Assembly: GCF_031291615.1 (NCBI RefSeq)
Contig: NZ_JARLIS010000035.1
Strand: one strand, 5' to 3'
DNA: 64,000 nucleotides
Source of the DNA: Parvibaculum sp.
Lineage (GTDB): Bacteria > Pseudomonadota > Alphaproteobacteria > Parvibaculales > Parvibaculaceae
In this document: positions 1 to 9,320 of the stretch, piece by piece
Numbering within the stretch: position 1 is the stretch's first letter
Layout: each line of letters starts with the position of its first letter
The notes under the pieces: model-generated
Databases searched by the model: none
What the model saw: only the letters and a program-made list of their open reading frames with translations
What the model was told of the DNA's origin: nothing
Made by a program: the position numbers and the translations under genes

Positions 1-255
1 ATATGTGTAGGCGACGACGAGAACGAGCGCCGTCGCCACCCAGACGAGCGCCTGCTTGATGGCGATGCCCGCCCGCTCGCGCCAGCCGATGCCGACGCTC
101 GCCACGATCATGGTCAGCAGGGTGAGCCCGTAGACGAGGCGCATCCGGCTGTCGTCGTCGTTGAGCGCGCCCGGAAAATGCACATTGAGATAGATGAGGA
201 GCGCAACGACGCCCAGCAGCGCCAGCGCGCCATATGTCCAGTTGTTCTGTCTCAT
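1..255 (-). CDS. hypothetical membrane protein, N-terminal part (gene continues past the left edge)
   Basis: ATG at 253-255 (complement). Translation MRQNNWTYGALALLGVVALLIYLNVHFPG...QALVWVATALVLVVAYTY has two hydrophobic helices and strong GC3 bias. Absent from the ORF track because it is truncated by the window edge. Confidence 0.5.
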   Translation of the reverse strand, partial: MRQNNWTYGALALLGVVALLIYLNVHFPGALNDDDSRMRLVYGLTLLTMIVASVGIGWRERAGIAIKQALVWVATALVLVVAYTY

Positions 256-320
256 GGGGACAACAATAGGCGGATTCGGTGACCGGGAATTTAAGCGGCG
301 GCGCTGTTCAATGCCCATTA

Positions 321-352
321 GTGTCATCCCGGAATAAATCCGGGGTGGCACT
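321..352. repeat. possible degenerate copy of hairpin repeat family R1
   Basis: GTCAT-CCCGGA-ATAAA-TCCGGG-GTGGCA resembles GTCAT-GCCGGA-CTTGA-TCCGGC-ATCCAT at 2366. Confidence 0.3.
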
Positions 353-438
353 GTTGTGGGGGTGGCGAAAGCGCCGACAAACCTCTATTTACGTGCTACT
401 CTTGGAGTGTCGAAATAAACACGATTTAGATACGTAAA

Positions 439-1332
439 ATGTCAACCGGCAAACTCATAGACCTCGGCGGCAACCGGGTGCCCGAAGCGGAGGAGGCGGC
501 CTCCCGCCTTGCATTGCCGCGCTTCGAACCCGGCTGGGTCTGGCTGGTGGGTGCGGGCCCCGGCGATCCGGGCCTGCTGACGCTCCATGCGCTCAACGCG
601 CTCCGTCAGGCCGATGTGGTCGTCTATGACGCGCTGGTCGATGAAACCGTTCTGCAATTCGCCAATCCTCGCGCGCGGCTTGAATATTCCGGCAAGCGCG
701 GCGGCAAGCCCGGCCCCAAGCAGCGCGACATTTCCGCAAAGCTCGTCGAGCTCGCGCGGGCGGGCAAGCGCGTGCTGCGCCTGAAGGGCGGCGATCCCTT
801 CGTCTTCGGCCGCGGCGGCGAGGAGGCGTTGGCGCTTGTGGATGCCGGCATTCCCTTCCGCCTCGTCCCCGGCGTCACCGCGGGCATCGGCGGCCTCGGC
901 TATGCGGGCATCCCGGTCACGCATCGCGACACCAACCACGCCGTCACCTTCATCACTGGCCACATGGCGGGCGGCGACGTGCCGGAGCATCTCGACTGGC
1001 CGTCCATCGCCAGGGGCTCGCCCGTCATCGTCCTCTATATGGCGCTGTCGCATCTCTCCCGCATTGCCGACCTCCTGATCGCCAACGGCCGCGCAGCCCA
1101 CGAACCCGTCGCTCTCGTCCGCAATGCGACGCTGAAGGACCAGCAAGTTCTCGAAACCACATTGGGTTCCGCCGCCGCCGACGTCGCCGCCGCGAACTTC
1201 ACCGCGCCCGCCATCATCGTCATCGGCGAAGTCGTGAAACTCCGCGACGGCCTCGACTGGCTCGGCGCACTCGAAGGCCGCGTGCTGAAACGCGACCCGC
1301 TGAACCTCCGCGCGAAGAAAGACGTGGGCTGA
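439..1332 (+). CDS. cobA: uroporphyrinogen-III C-methyltransferase (SUMT)
   Basis: 297 aa, ATG start. Tetrapyrrole methylase signatures VWLVGAGPGDPGLLTL, VVVYDALV, LKGGDPFVFGRGGEE. Confidence 0.9.
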   Translation: MSTGKLIDLGGNRVPEAEEAASRLALPRFEPGWVWLVGAGPGDPGLLTLHALNALRQADVVVYDALVDETVLQFANPRARLEYSGKRGGKPGPKQRDISAKLVELARAGKRVLRLKGGDPFVFGRGGEEALALVDAGIPFRLVPGVTAGIGGLGYAGIPVTHRDTNHAVTFITGHMAGGDVPEHLDWPSIARGSPVIVLYMALSHLSRIADLLIANGRAAHEPVALVRNATLKDQQVLETTLGSAAADVAAANFTAPAIIVIGEVVKLRDGLDWLGALEGRVLKRDPLNLRAKKDVG

Positions 1333-1343
1333 ATTGCCGCTTA

Positions 1344-1376
1344 CCCTCTCCCGCGGGGAGAGGGTAGGGTGAGGGT
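1344..1376. repeat. GC-rich hairpin repeat (family R3)
   Basis: CCCTCTCCC-GCG-GGGAGAGGG hairpin followed by TAGGGTGAGGG. Related block at 2127-2185. Confidence 0.5.
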
Positions 1377-1405
1377 CTTCCTTCCTTCAATTCAGCGGAC
1401 CCCGA

Positions 1406-1621
1406 ATGACCGACGTCAAGGACAGCAACGGCAACATCCTCGCCGACGGCGACAGCGTGATGGTCATCAAGGACCTGAAGGTGAAGGGCACATCCGTTAC
1501 GCTGAAGCGCGGCACGGTTGTCAAGAACATCCGCCTCACGGGCGACGCCGGCCTGATCGAGTGCAATGCCGAAAAGGTGAAGGGCCTGGTGCTGAAAACC
1601 GAATTCCTGAAAAAGGCCTGA
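1406..1621 (+). CDS. PhnA-domain protein (C-terminal PhnA domain only)
   Basis: 71 aa. DSNGNILADGDSVMVIKDLKVKGTS..LKRGTVVKNIRL matches the conserved PhnA C-terminal domain pattern. ATG verified. Confidence 0.8.
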   Translation: MTDVKDSNGNILADGDSVMVIKDLKVKGTSVTLKRGTVVKNIRLTGDAGLIECNAEKVKGLVLKTEFLKKA

Positions 1622-1634
1622 GCGGAGGCAGCCC

Positions 1635-2141
1635 ATGCTCGTCATCCTTGGCGGCCTCCCCGGCACCGGCAAGACGACTATCGCCCGCGAACTCGCCCGC
1701 GCGCTCGAAGCGATCCACATCCGCATCGACACCATTGAACAAGCGATCCGCAATTCAAGCCTTGCGCCTGCCGAGATCAACGAAGCGGGCTACCTCGTCG
1801 CCTTTGCGCTCGCCGAAGACAACCTCCGTCTCGGCCGCACCGTCATCGCCGACAGCGTCAACCCCATCGAGCTCACCCGCGCCGCCTGGCGCGAAGTCGC
1901 CAATCGCGCCGGAACGTCCTTCACCGAAGTGGAACTTATCTGCTCGGACCTCGCCGAACACCGCCGCCGCATCGAAACGAGGCAAGCCGACATCGACGGC
2001 TTCAAACTCCCGACATGGGAAGAAGTCGTCGCCCGCGACTACGAGCCGTGGACGGACGATCACATCGTCATCGACACGGCCACGCTCGCAACCGGGCACA
2101 TCATCACCAAGCTCCGCGCGATTCTGCCCCACTCCCCTTGA
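1635..2141 (+). CDS. P-loop kinase / AAA family ATPase (predicted kinase)
   Basis: 168 aa. Walker A GGLPGTGKTT at the N-terminus. GGAGG RBS at 1624-1628. Confidence 0.75.
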   Translation: MLVILGGLPGTGKTTIARELARALEAIHIRIDTIEQAIRNSSLAPAEINEAGYLVAFALAEDNLRLGRTVIADSVNPIELTRAAWREVANRAGTSFTEVELICSDLAEHRRRIETRQADIDGFKLPTWEEVVARDYEPWTDDHIVIDTATLATGHIITKLRAILPHSP

Positions 2142-2185
2142 GGGAGAGGGAGGGACCCGCGCGATAGCGCGGGAGGGTGAGGGGT
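2127..2185. repeat. GC-rich repeat (family R3), overlaps the 3' end of the kinase CDS
   Basis: Contains GGGAGAGGG, the hairpin CCCGCGC-GATA-GCGCGGG and AGGGTGAGGGG, sharing blocks with 1344-1376. Confidence 0.45.
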
Positions 2186-2216
2186 TCTCTTTAGAAAAGC
2201 CCTTCCATCCAAATCC

Positions 2217-2299
2217 GTCATGGCCCGACTTGATCGGGCCATCCATCTTCCTTACCTCGCGCAAGAAAGAGATGGACCCCAGATCAAGTCCGGGGTGAC
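2217..2299. repeat. palindromic repeat family R1, complete inverted pair (MITE/REP-like)
   Basis: Left arm GTCATGGCCCGACTTGATCGGGCCATCCATCTT. The right arm reverse-complements to GTCACCCCGGACTTGATCTGGGGTCCATCTCTT. Each arm is itself a hairpin. Confidence 0.7.
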
Positions 2300-2365
2300 G
2301 GGTTTGTTATATGGGGGAGAGTAACGTCAGGGCATGCGGCGAAACGTAAGCACTTACCCTCCGTC

Positions 2366-2425
2366 GTCATGCCGGACTTGATCCGGCATCCATCTTTCTT
2401 CCCTCGCGCGGAAGGACGGACTCCA
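2366..2425. repeat. repeat family R1, single arm plus spacer
   Basis: GTCATGCCGGACTTGATCCGGCATCCATCTTTCTTCCCTCGCGCGGAAGGA aligns with the left arm and spacer of 2217-2299. Confidence 0.65.
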
Positions 2426-2481
2426 CATTCCCGGCCTTCGCGGTAGACGGCAGCGACATTCGGAGAGAGGCAAGCGGCGGT

Positions 2482-3042
2482 CTAACTCCCCACCGCCTCC
2501 ACATTCCACCAGGGAAAATCGGCGCGCGGCGGATCGTGGCGGAAGACTTGCCCGTTCATCGCGTTGACGCTCGCGCCGAGGCGGGCGTGATGCTGGATGC
2601 TCCAGAAGACGCCGCCATGCGCGACGATGAGAAGCGGGCCGTCGAACCTGAGCGCCTTGTTGACGCCGCCGAGCGCGCGGGCGAGGAAGCCCTCATAGGT
2701 TTCCGCGCCGTCCGGGCAATAGGTGCCGGCGCGCCAGTCGCCGAACCAGGCGCCGCCGGCGCGGCCCTCGTCCGCGCCGAGCCCGCATTCCTTCAACTCG
2801 TCGATGACGGTGATCGGAACGCCCGAGGCCTCGCTCGCGAAGCGCGCCGTCTCATAGGCGCGCGACAGCGGGCTCGCGCAGATTGTTCTGAGCCCGAGAC
2901 CGCGCACCACCTCGGCGGCGGCCTTCGCCTGCGCGATGCCAGTCGCGTTCAGCGGAATGTCGATCTGGCCTTGCGCCCGGCGGTCGCGGTTCCAGTCGGT
3001 CTCGCCGTGACGCAGGAAATAGAACGGGACTTCGGTGAGCAT
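2482..3042 (-). CDS. histidine phosphatase family protein (phosphoglycerate mutase-like)
   Basis: This is the last 186 codons of the 1140-aa track ORF. MLTEVPFYFLRHGETDWN carries the RHGE motif and IVAHGGV the second catalytic His. ATG at 3040-3042 (complement). Confidence 0.85.
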   Translation of the reverse strand: MLTEVPFYFLRHGETDWNRDRRAQGQIDIPLNATGIAQAKAAAEVVRGLGLRTICASPLSRAYETARFASEASGVPITVIDELKECGLGADEGRAGGAWFGDWRAGTYCPDGAETYEGFLARALGGVNKALRFDGPLLIVAHGGVFWSIQHHARLGASVNAMNGQVFRHDPPRADFPWWNVEAVGS

Positions 3043-3044
3043 CG

Positions 3045-3284
3045 TCAGGCCCCGAGCGCCGATTTGATCCGCGCCACGGCCAGCATGGGCGCGGCTGCCT
3101 TCGGTCCCAGCGACAGGATGCGGTCGGGGAGTTCGGCCATGACCGCGCGGCGTTCCGCCTCGCTCATGCCGCTCCAGCCGGCGATTTCCTTCAGCCGCCT
3201 TCCGCAGCCCGTGCAAAGGCCCGAGCGCCCGTCGACGGCACAGACATTGATGCAGGGGCTTGCGATGGGCTTCTGGGCGGTCAA
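3045..3284 (-). CDS. DUF1289 domain protein (Cys-rich, putative Fe-S/oxidoreductase-like)
   Basis: SPCINVCAVDGRSGLCTGCGRRLKEIAGW is the DUF1289 pattern. No ATG lies upstream of the domain, so I propose TTG at 3282-3284 with GGAAAG upstream. The longer track ORF (to 3626) has an implausible N-terminus. Confidence 0.55.
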   Translation of the reverse strand: MTAQKPIASPCINVCAVDGRSGLCTGCGRRLKEIAGWSGMSEAERRAVMAELPDRILSLGPKAAAPMLAVARIKSALGA

Positions 3285-3558
3285 GGCGGCTTTCCGGTTT
3301 TCTGTGAGCGGGCAGGCTACAGGAACTTGGGGTTTCGGCCAAAACAATCGATCTAAGCCACGGTTCTCTCGGCCAGATTTCGTACAGCCCCCCGTTGGAG
3401 GGCGCACAGCGAGCAGCCTTGCAACAGGCGGGGGTCTGGCTATTATCGCCCGCAAAATAAGGCGGTCGGGCATGGGATGGCACCGGCCCCGTTTCCCATT
3501 TCCGGCATCGTCGCGGGCGCTCGATAGCGCCCCGCTTTGCCGTACAGGAGGTTCGCCA

Positions 3559-4749
3559 ATGGATATGAGCTTTTCGCCGGAAGACCTGGCGTTCCGCGAC
3601 GAAGTGCGCAGCTTCATCGCCGACAACTATCCCAAGGACCTGAAGTCGCGCCGCACGCGCGGCGAGATGACGAAGGAAGACATCCTTCGCTGGCACCGCA
3701 TTCTCTACAAGAAGGGCTGGGTCGTGCCCCATTGGCCGGTTCAATATGGCGGCACCGGCTGGACGATCACCCAGCGCTACATCTGGAACGAGGAGAATGC
3801 GCGCGCCGAGACGCAGCCGCTGCTTCCCTTCGGCCTGTCGATGGTCGGCCCCGTGATCTTCAGCTACGGCAATGAGGAACAGAAGAAGCGCTTTCTCCCC
3901 GGCATTCTTTCGGGCGACGACTGGTGGTGCCAGGGCTATTCCGAGCCCGGCGCCGGCTCCGACCTCGCCTCGCTGAAGACGCGCGCCGTGCGCGAGGGCG
4001 ATCATTACATCGTCAACGGCCACAAGATCTGGACGACGCTCGCCCAATATGCCGACTGGATGTTCTGCCTCGTCCGCACCGATCCGGCCGCCAAGGCGCA
4101 GGAGGGCATCTCCTTCCTTCTCATCGACATGAAGACGCCGGGCATCACCGTCCGCCCCATCATCACCATGGATGGCGCGCATGAGGTGAACGAGGTTTTC
4201 CTCGAAGACGTGAAGGTGCCGGTCGAGAACCGCATCGGCGAGGAGAACAAGGGCTGGACCTATGCGAAGTTCCTGCTCGGCAACGAACGCTCGGGCATTG
4301 CCGGCGTCTCGCGCTCCAAGAAGGCGATCGAGCGGCTGAAGACCATCGCCACCGCCGAGCTTCTCGACGGCTCGCCGCTCATCAAGACCGACGAATTCTC
4401 CCGCAAGATCGCGGAAGTCGAAATCGACCTCACCGCGCTTGAAGTGACCGAGCTCCGCACGCTCGCCGCCGAAAGCCGGGGCAAGGGCCCGGGACCGGAA
4501 GCCTCGATCCTCAAGATCAAGGGCACCGAAATCCAGCAGCGCATCACCGAGCTCACCGTCGAGGCCGTCGGCAATTACGGCATGGTTCAGGTGCCGACCG
4601 GCGAAATGGCGGGCAACGACTTCGTACCCGGCCCGGAATACGGCCAGGGCGCGGCGCAGAACTACTTCAACATGCGCAAGACCTCGATCTACGGCGGATC
4701 GAACGAGATTCAGCACAACATCATCGCAAAAATGGTGCTTGGCCTTTGA
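3559..4749 (+). CDS. acyl-CoA dehydrogenase, large-subunit type (PimC/FadE-like)
   Basis: 396 aa from ATG 3559, with AGGAG 9 nt upstream. ACAD blocks CQGYSEPGAGSDLASLKT, GHKIWTT, GGSNEIQHNIIAK. The rest of the track ORF (2536-) is shadow. Confidence 0.9.
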   Translation: MDMSFSPEDLAFRDEVRSFIADNYPKDLKSRRTRGEMTKEDILRWHRILYKKGWVVPHWPVQYGGTGWTITQRYIWNEENARAETQPLLPFGLSMVGPVIFSYGNEEQKKRFLPGILSGDDWWCQGYSEPGAGSDLASLKTRAVREGDHYIVNGHKIWTTLAQYADWMFCLVRTDPAAKAQEGISFLLIDMKTPGITVRPIITMDGAHEVNEVFLEDVKVPVENRIGEENKGWTYAKFLLGNERSGIAGVSRSKKAIERLKTIATAELLDGSPLIKTDEFSRKIAEVEIDLTALEVTELRTLAAESRGKGPGPEASILKIKGTEIQQRITELTVEAVGNYGMVQVPTGEMAGNDFVPGPEYGQGAAQNYFNMRKTSIYGGSNEIQHNIIAKMVLGL

Positions 4750-4803
4750 GCTAAGGCCGGGTACCTCATAGAAAACAGAAATACACGCAGGGAAGGGTAG
4801 GAC

Positions 4804-5934
<1,131 letters not shown>

Positions 5935-5952
5935 GTTCGCCGGGTAAACTGG

Positions 5953-5986
5953 AAGGCCGCATCTCCGGATGCGGCCTTTTTTCTTT
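5953..5986 (+). terminator. Rho-independent terminator of the ACAD pair
   Basis: AAGGCCGCATC-TCCG-GATGCGGCCTT followed by TTTTCTTT. Confidence 0.85.
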
Positions 5987-6052
5987 GGGGCCTTGCAATT
6001 CGTCGGCGAGTTACTTTATAAAACAAAGTACATTGTATTTGGGAGGCACGGC

Positions 6053-6652
6053 ATGGACGAGGCCGGCAAAGCTCACGAAGACATCGCCTTCATCAGAAGC
6101 AATCTGGAGGATGGGCGGGCCTATGCGCGGCTCAGGAGCCCCGATTTCGCGGTCTGGGGGCTCGCCGCCGCTTTCGGCTATCTCGGCACCTATGCTCATG
6201 CCCTGCATCTATGGTCGGCCGATCCGCGCCTGATCTGGTACGTCCCGGTCGCGGCCGCCTGGGCCTTTTCGCTGCGGAACACCATTGCGGCGGCGTTCGG
6301 CCGCGCGCGCGAACAGCTCCCTTCGCCGGCGGTGCAGACGCTGCGCGCCGTCTGGCGCGGTTTCGGCATCACCGCCATGCTGCTCGCGCTCGTCGCCTTC
6401 GCGGCCGATCCGCAGGCCAACTGGTTCGCCGCCGTTACGGCGGGGATGCTGGGGCTCTGCTTCCACGTCAGCGCCGCCGCCAGCGGCATCGGCTGGTTGC
6501 GCAATCTCGCTTACGGCTGGTGGGGCGCGACGATTGTGCTCTTTCTGTTGCGCGACAGCGTCGACGTTCTGCCTGTCGGCGCCGCGTCCATGATCCTGCT
6601 TCTCTTCCTGCCGGGCCTTGTGCTCTGGCTGCGCCGTCCCGGCCATGGCTGA
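6053..6652 (+). CDS. hypothetical polytopic membrane protein
   Basis: ATG 6053 preceded by GGGAGG (6041-6046). The track start at 5969 lies inside the terminator. 4-5 hydrophobic helices. The stop overlaps the next start (ATGGCTGA). Confidence 0.65.
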   Translation: MDEAGKAHEDIAFIRSNLEDGRAYARLRSPDFAVWGLAAAFGYLGTYAHALHLWSADPRLIWYVPVAAAWAFSLRNTIAAAFGRAREQLPSPAVQTLRAVWRGFGITAMLLALVAFAADPQANWFAAVTAGMLGLCFHVSAAASGIGWLRNLAYGWWGATIVLFLLRDSVDVLPVGAASMILLLFLPGLVLWLRRPGHG

Positions 6653-6974
6653 TTTTGATCACAACGCCATCGACGACGTGCTTCAGGGCCGCGTGCGGCT
6701 GGCCATCGTCGCCTTTCTCGCTGGCGCGGGCCGCGTCGACTTCACGACGATCCGCGACGCGACGAAAACGACCGACGGCAATGCGAGCGTGCATCTGAGA
6801 AAGCTCGAGGAAGCGGGCTACGTCGCCATGGAAAAGCGCTTCGTCGGCCGCAAGCCGCAAACGACCTACGCGCTGACGGCGAAAGGCCGCAAGGCGCTGC
6901 TCGACTACGTGTCGCATCTGGAACATCTGCTGCCGCCCGCCGGTGGCGCGAAAAAGGGAGACGCCGGGAAATGA
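6645..6974 (+). CDS. winged-helix transcriptional regulator (small HTH_34/PadR-like type)
   Basis: 109 aa. VLQGRVRLAIVAFL...TDGNASVHLRKLEEAGYV...GRKPQTTYALTAKGRKAL is a typical wHTH layout. Translationally coupled on both sides. Confidence 0.7.
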   Translation: MADFDHNAIDDVLQGRVRLAIVAFLAGAGRVDFTTIRDATKTTDGNASVHLRKLEEAGYVAMEKRFVGRKPQTTYALTAKGRKALLDYVSHLEHLLPPAGGAKKGDAGK

Positions 6975-7522
6975 AGGAATTTTTCAGCGACATGCTGTCG
7001 ACGATCATCTTCGTCGCGCTCTATATGGCAATCGGCGACATCTACATCGCTACGGGAGTGGCCATCGCCATCGGCATTTTCCAGGTGCTCTATCTGAAGT
7101 TGCGCGGTCGCAAGGTGGATGCGATGCAGTGGATGGGCCTTGCTCTCGTCATCGTCTTCGGCAGCGCCACGCTCTACCTGCAAGATCCCCGCTTCGTGAT
7201 GGTGAAGCCCAGCATCATTCACTTCGCCATCGGTTGCGTCATGATGCGCCGGGGCTGGATGGCCCGCTACCTGCCGTCCCGTGCCGTCGAGAACCTCAGC
7301 AGTCGCATGGTCAATGGCTGGGGCTATGCCTGGGCCTTCTTGATGTTCGGGCTCGGCATCTCGAACATCGTGATTGCAATGACCTACAGCCCGCAAATCT
7401 GGGGCTACTTCATCTCCTTCGGCGCGATGGGCGCGAAGATTGCGATGTTCGGATTGCAATACTGGATTTTCAAGGCGACCGTCATCCGGCGGCTTTCCAC
7501 CTCCGGCGCAGCGGCTTCCTGA
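6971..7522 (+). CDS. inner-membrane protein, septation protein A (YciB/IspZ)-like
   Basis: 183 aa, 5 TM. N-terminus MKEFFSDMLSTIIFVALY... is typical of the family. ATGA overlap with the regulator gene. Confidence 0.6.
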   Translation: MKEFFSDMLSTIIFVALYMAIGDIYIATGVAIAIGIFQVLYLKLRGRKVDAMQWMGLALVIVFGSATLYLQDPRFVMVKPSIIHFAIGCVMMRRGWMARYLPSRAVENLSSRMVNGWGYAWAFLMFGLGISNIVIAMTYSPQIWGYFISFGAMGAKIAMFGLQYWIFKATVIRRLSTSGAAAS

Positions 7523-7525
7523 TCT

Positions 7526-9046
7526 TCAGATCGCCAGCGTCGCCTGTCCCGTCGGATAGTTCAGGCGCCGCGCGGGGAAAATCGCCTCGGCCTGCGTGCC
7601 CTTGCCGAGTTCGCTCCTGATTTCCAGGCGCCCGCCATGCAGCGACATCAGGCCCTTCACGATGGAAAGGCCGAGGCCTGAGCCCTTGCCCGGCTGCGCG
7701 ATGCCCGCAGCACCCTGCGTGAAGGCTTCGGTGACGCGGTGGAGCTCCGCTTCCGCTATGCCCGGGCCCTGATCGTGGACGCCAAAGCGCAGATCTCCCG
7801 ACGCATCTAGGCCCGCGATCATCGTGACGGTCGTTCCCGCAGGCGAGAACTTGATCGCATTGGTCAGAAGGTTGATCCAGATCTGGCGTGTCACCCGGGC
7901 ATCGGCATGGAGGGTCGGAAGGCCGTGCGCGAACTCGGTCCTGACGGAAACGCCTTGCGCCTGAGCCCGGATTTCCAGCAGGCGGCCCGCTTCCTCCGCC
8001 AGATGCGTGATGTTGACCTCTTCCTCGACGATCTGGAACCGTCCCGCCTCGATGCGGGAGAGATCGAGAATGTCGTTGATGAGTCCGAGAAGGTGCTGGC
8101 CCGAGCGGTTGATGTCGCCGGAATATTCCTTGTAGATCGGCTTGGCGTGGCTGCCGAATATCTCGCTCGCCATGACTTCCGAAAAACCGATGATGGCATT
8201 GAGCGGCGTTCTGAGCTCATGGCTCATATTGGCGAGGAAATGCGACTTCGCCTGGTTCGCTTCCTCGGCCCGCGCCCGCGCCGCATCCGATTCCCGTTTG
8301 GCGCGGAACAGCTGCTCGATCAGCGCGTTCTTGTCCGATTGCAGATTGATCGCATGATGCATGGCGGCGTTGATCTGCGCAGCCATCCTGACCAGAAGCC
8401 CGCTGAAGAGGATCAGCACGGCGGCGACCGCGAAGTGGAAAGCATCGCCATAGGCGAGGAAACGGATGACCAGCGCCGCGAGGATCGGCAATACGGTGCG
8501 GCGGAGAACCGGCAGATAGCCGATCGTCACCAGCGTCATCGGCGCAAGGGCAGCCGTCATCGCCGAAACGAGGAAGCTCTCATAAAGAATGCTGCCGGGA
8601 ACCCACAATATGTAAAGGCTCGACGCAAAGGCGACGGCGAAGCCGAGGCTCTGCCATTCGAAACGGCGGCCCCACATTTCCGCATCTTCGAGCGGAATGT
8701 CCGCCGCCATGAAGCGGCGCGCATTCGCATTGCCGAGCACATGGAGCGCCGCCATCATGGCGACCCAGCAGACGATATTCGGCCATGCCACCGCCGGATA
8801 AAGGCTGGAGGCGAAGCCCGTCATGAGCACTGGAAAAGCGAAGGGAATGCTGAGTTGCGGCTCGGCAAGCATGCGCAGTTGCGCCAGCCGCGCTTCAGGA
8901 GAAGGGTCGCGTGTCGGCACGGCGAAGAACGCACCCAGATACGCGCCGAGGCCTGTCCAACAATCCCTTAAAAAGGATCGTTCGGAAGCGCCTTCGCTTG
9001 CACGCCGGCTTATGCCGGCGCTCCGCGGTGCATCTTCCAGCGCCAT
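7526..9046 (-). CDS. membrane sensor histidine kinase (HisKA + HATPase_c), orphan
   Basis: H-box [22 protein letters not shown]-box NLLTNAIKFS, G-boxes DQGPGI and GSGLGLSIV. The track start at 9100 is TTG. The first ATG (MALEDAP) is at 9046, so the start is uncertain. Confidence 0.8.
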   Translation of the reverse strand: MALEDAPRSAGISRRASEGASERSFLRDCWTGLGAYLGAFFAVPTRDPSPEARLAQLRMLAEPQLSIPFAFPVLMTGFASSLYPAVAWPNIVCWVAMMAALHVLGNANARRFMAADIPLEDAEMWGRRFEWQSLGFAVAFASSLYILWVPGSILYESFLVSAMTAALAPMTLVTIGYLPVLRRTVLPILAALVIRFLAYGDAFHFAVAAVLILFSGLLVRMAAQINAAMHHAINLQSDKNALIEQLFRAKRESDAARARAEEANQAKSHFLANMSHELRTPLNAIIGFSEVMASEIFGSHAKPIYKEYSGDINRSGQHLLGLINDILDLSRIEAGRFQIVEEEVNITHLAEEAGRLLEIRAQAQGVSVRTEFAHGLPTLHADARVTRQIWINLLTNAIKFSPAGTTVTMIAGLDASGDLRFGVHDQGPGIAEAELHRVTEAFTQGAAGIAQPGKGSGLGLSIVKGLMSLHGGRLEIRSELGKGTQAEAIFPARRLNYPTGQATLAI

Positions 9047-9320
9047 AATAAATGCCCTATTCAAACAGACCGGTGACGGACCCCCATCTGCAACGCCCAA
9101 CGAATCCTTCGTTCCGTCGGCCGTCAGGGTCGGCTAAAATCCTTAATAAGGTTTTCCGATACTTGGTTAACACCGGGCGGCGGAGAGGGTGGGTTCCGGA
9201 AAGTCACAGACTTTTAGGGAAAACCCTTCCTCACTCATGATCCGGTCGCGATCCATCGCACTCGGGTAAGAATAACGAGGCGGGGCCATGGGCCTGCGCC
9301 CAAAAAGGAGCGTCCTGAAT

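Noticed and set aside
256-438. Possible cobalamin riboswitch upstream of cobA. GGAATAAATCCGGGGTGGCACTGT faintly resembles the GGTGAAAATCC...GCCACTGT core.
   Set aside because: There is no recognisable B12 box (AGYCMGGAGACCKGCC-like) or surrounding helices. The segment is better explained as a degenerate copy of repeat R1. A cmsearch with RF00174 would settle it.
5969-6052. Track start at 5969 for the membrane protein gene.
   Set aside because: The ATG lies inside the stem of the strong terminator at 5953-5986. ATG 6053 has a GGGAGG RBS.
9087-9115. EcfG-type general-stress promoter (GGAAC...CGTT) on the minus strand ahead of the histidine kinase.
   Set aside because: The spacing is N15 rather than the usual N16-17. 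The motif overlaps the possible TTG-initiated coding region. With short motifs in GC-rich DNA a chance match is likely.
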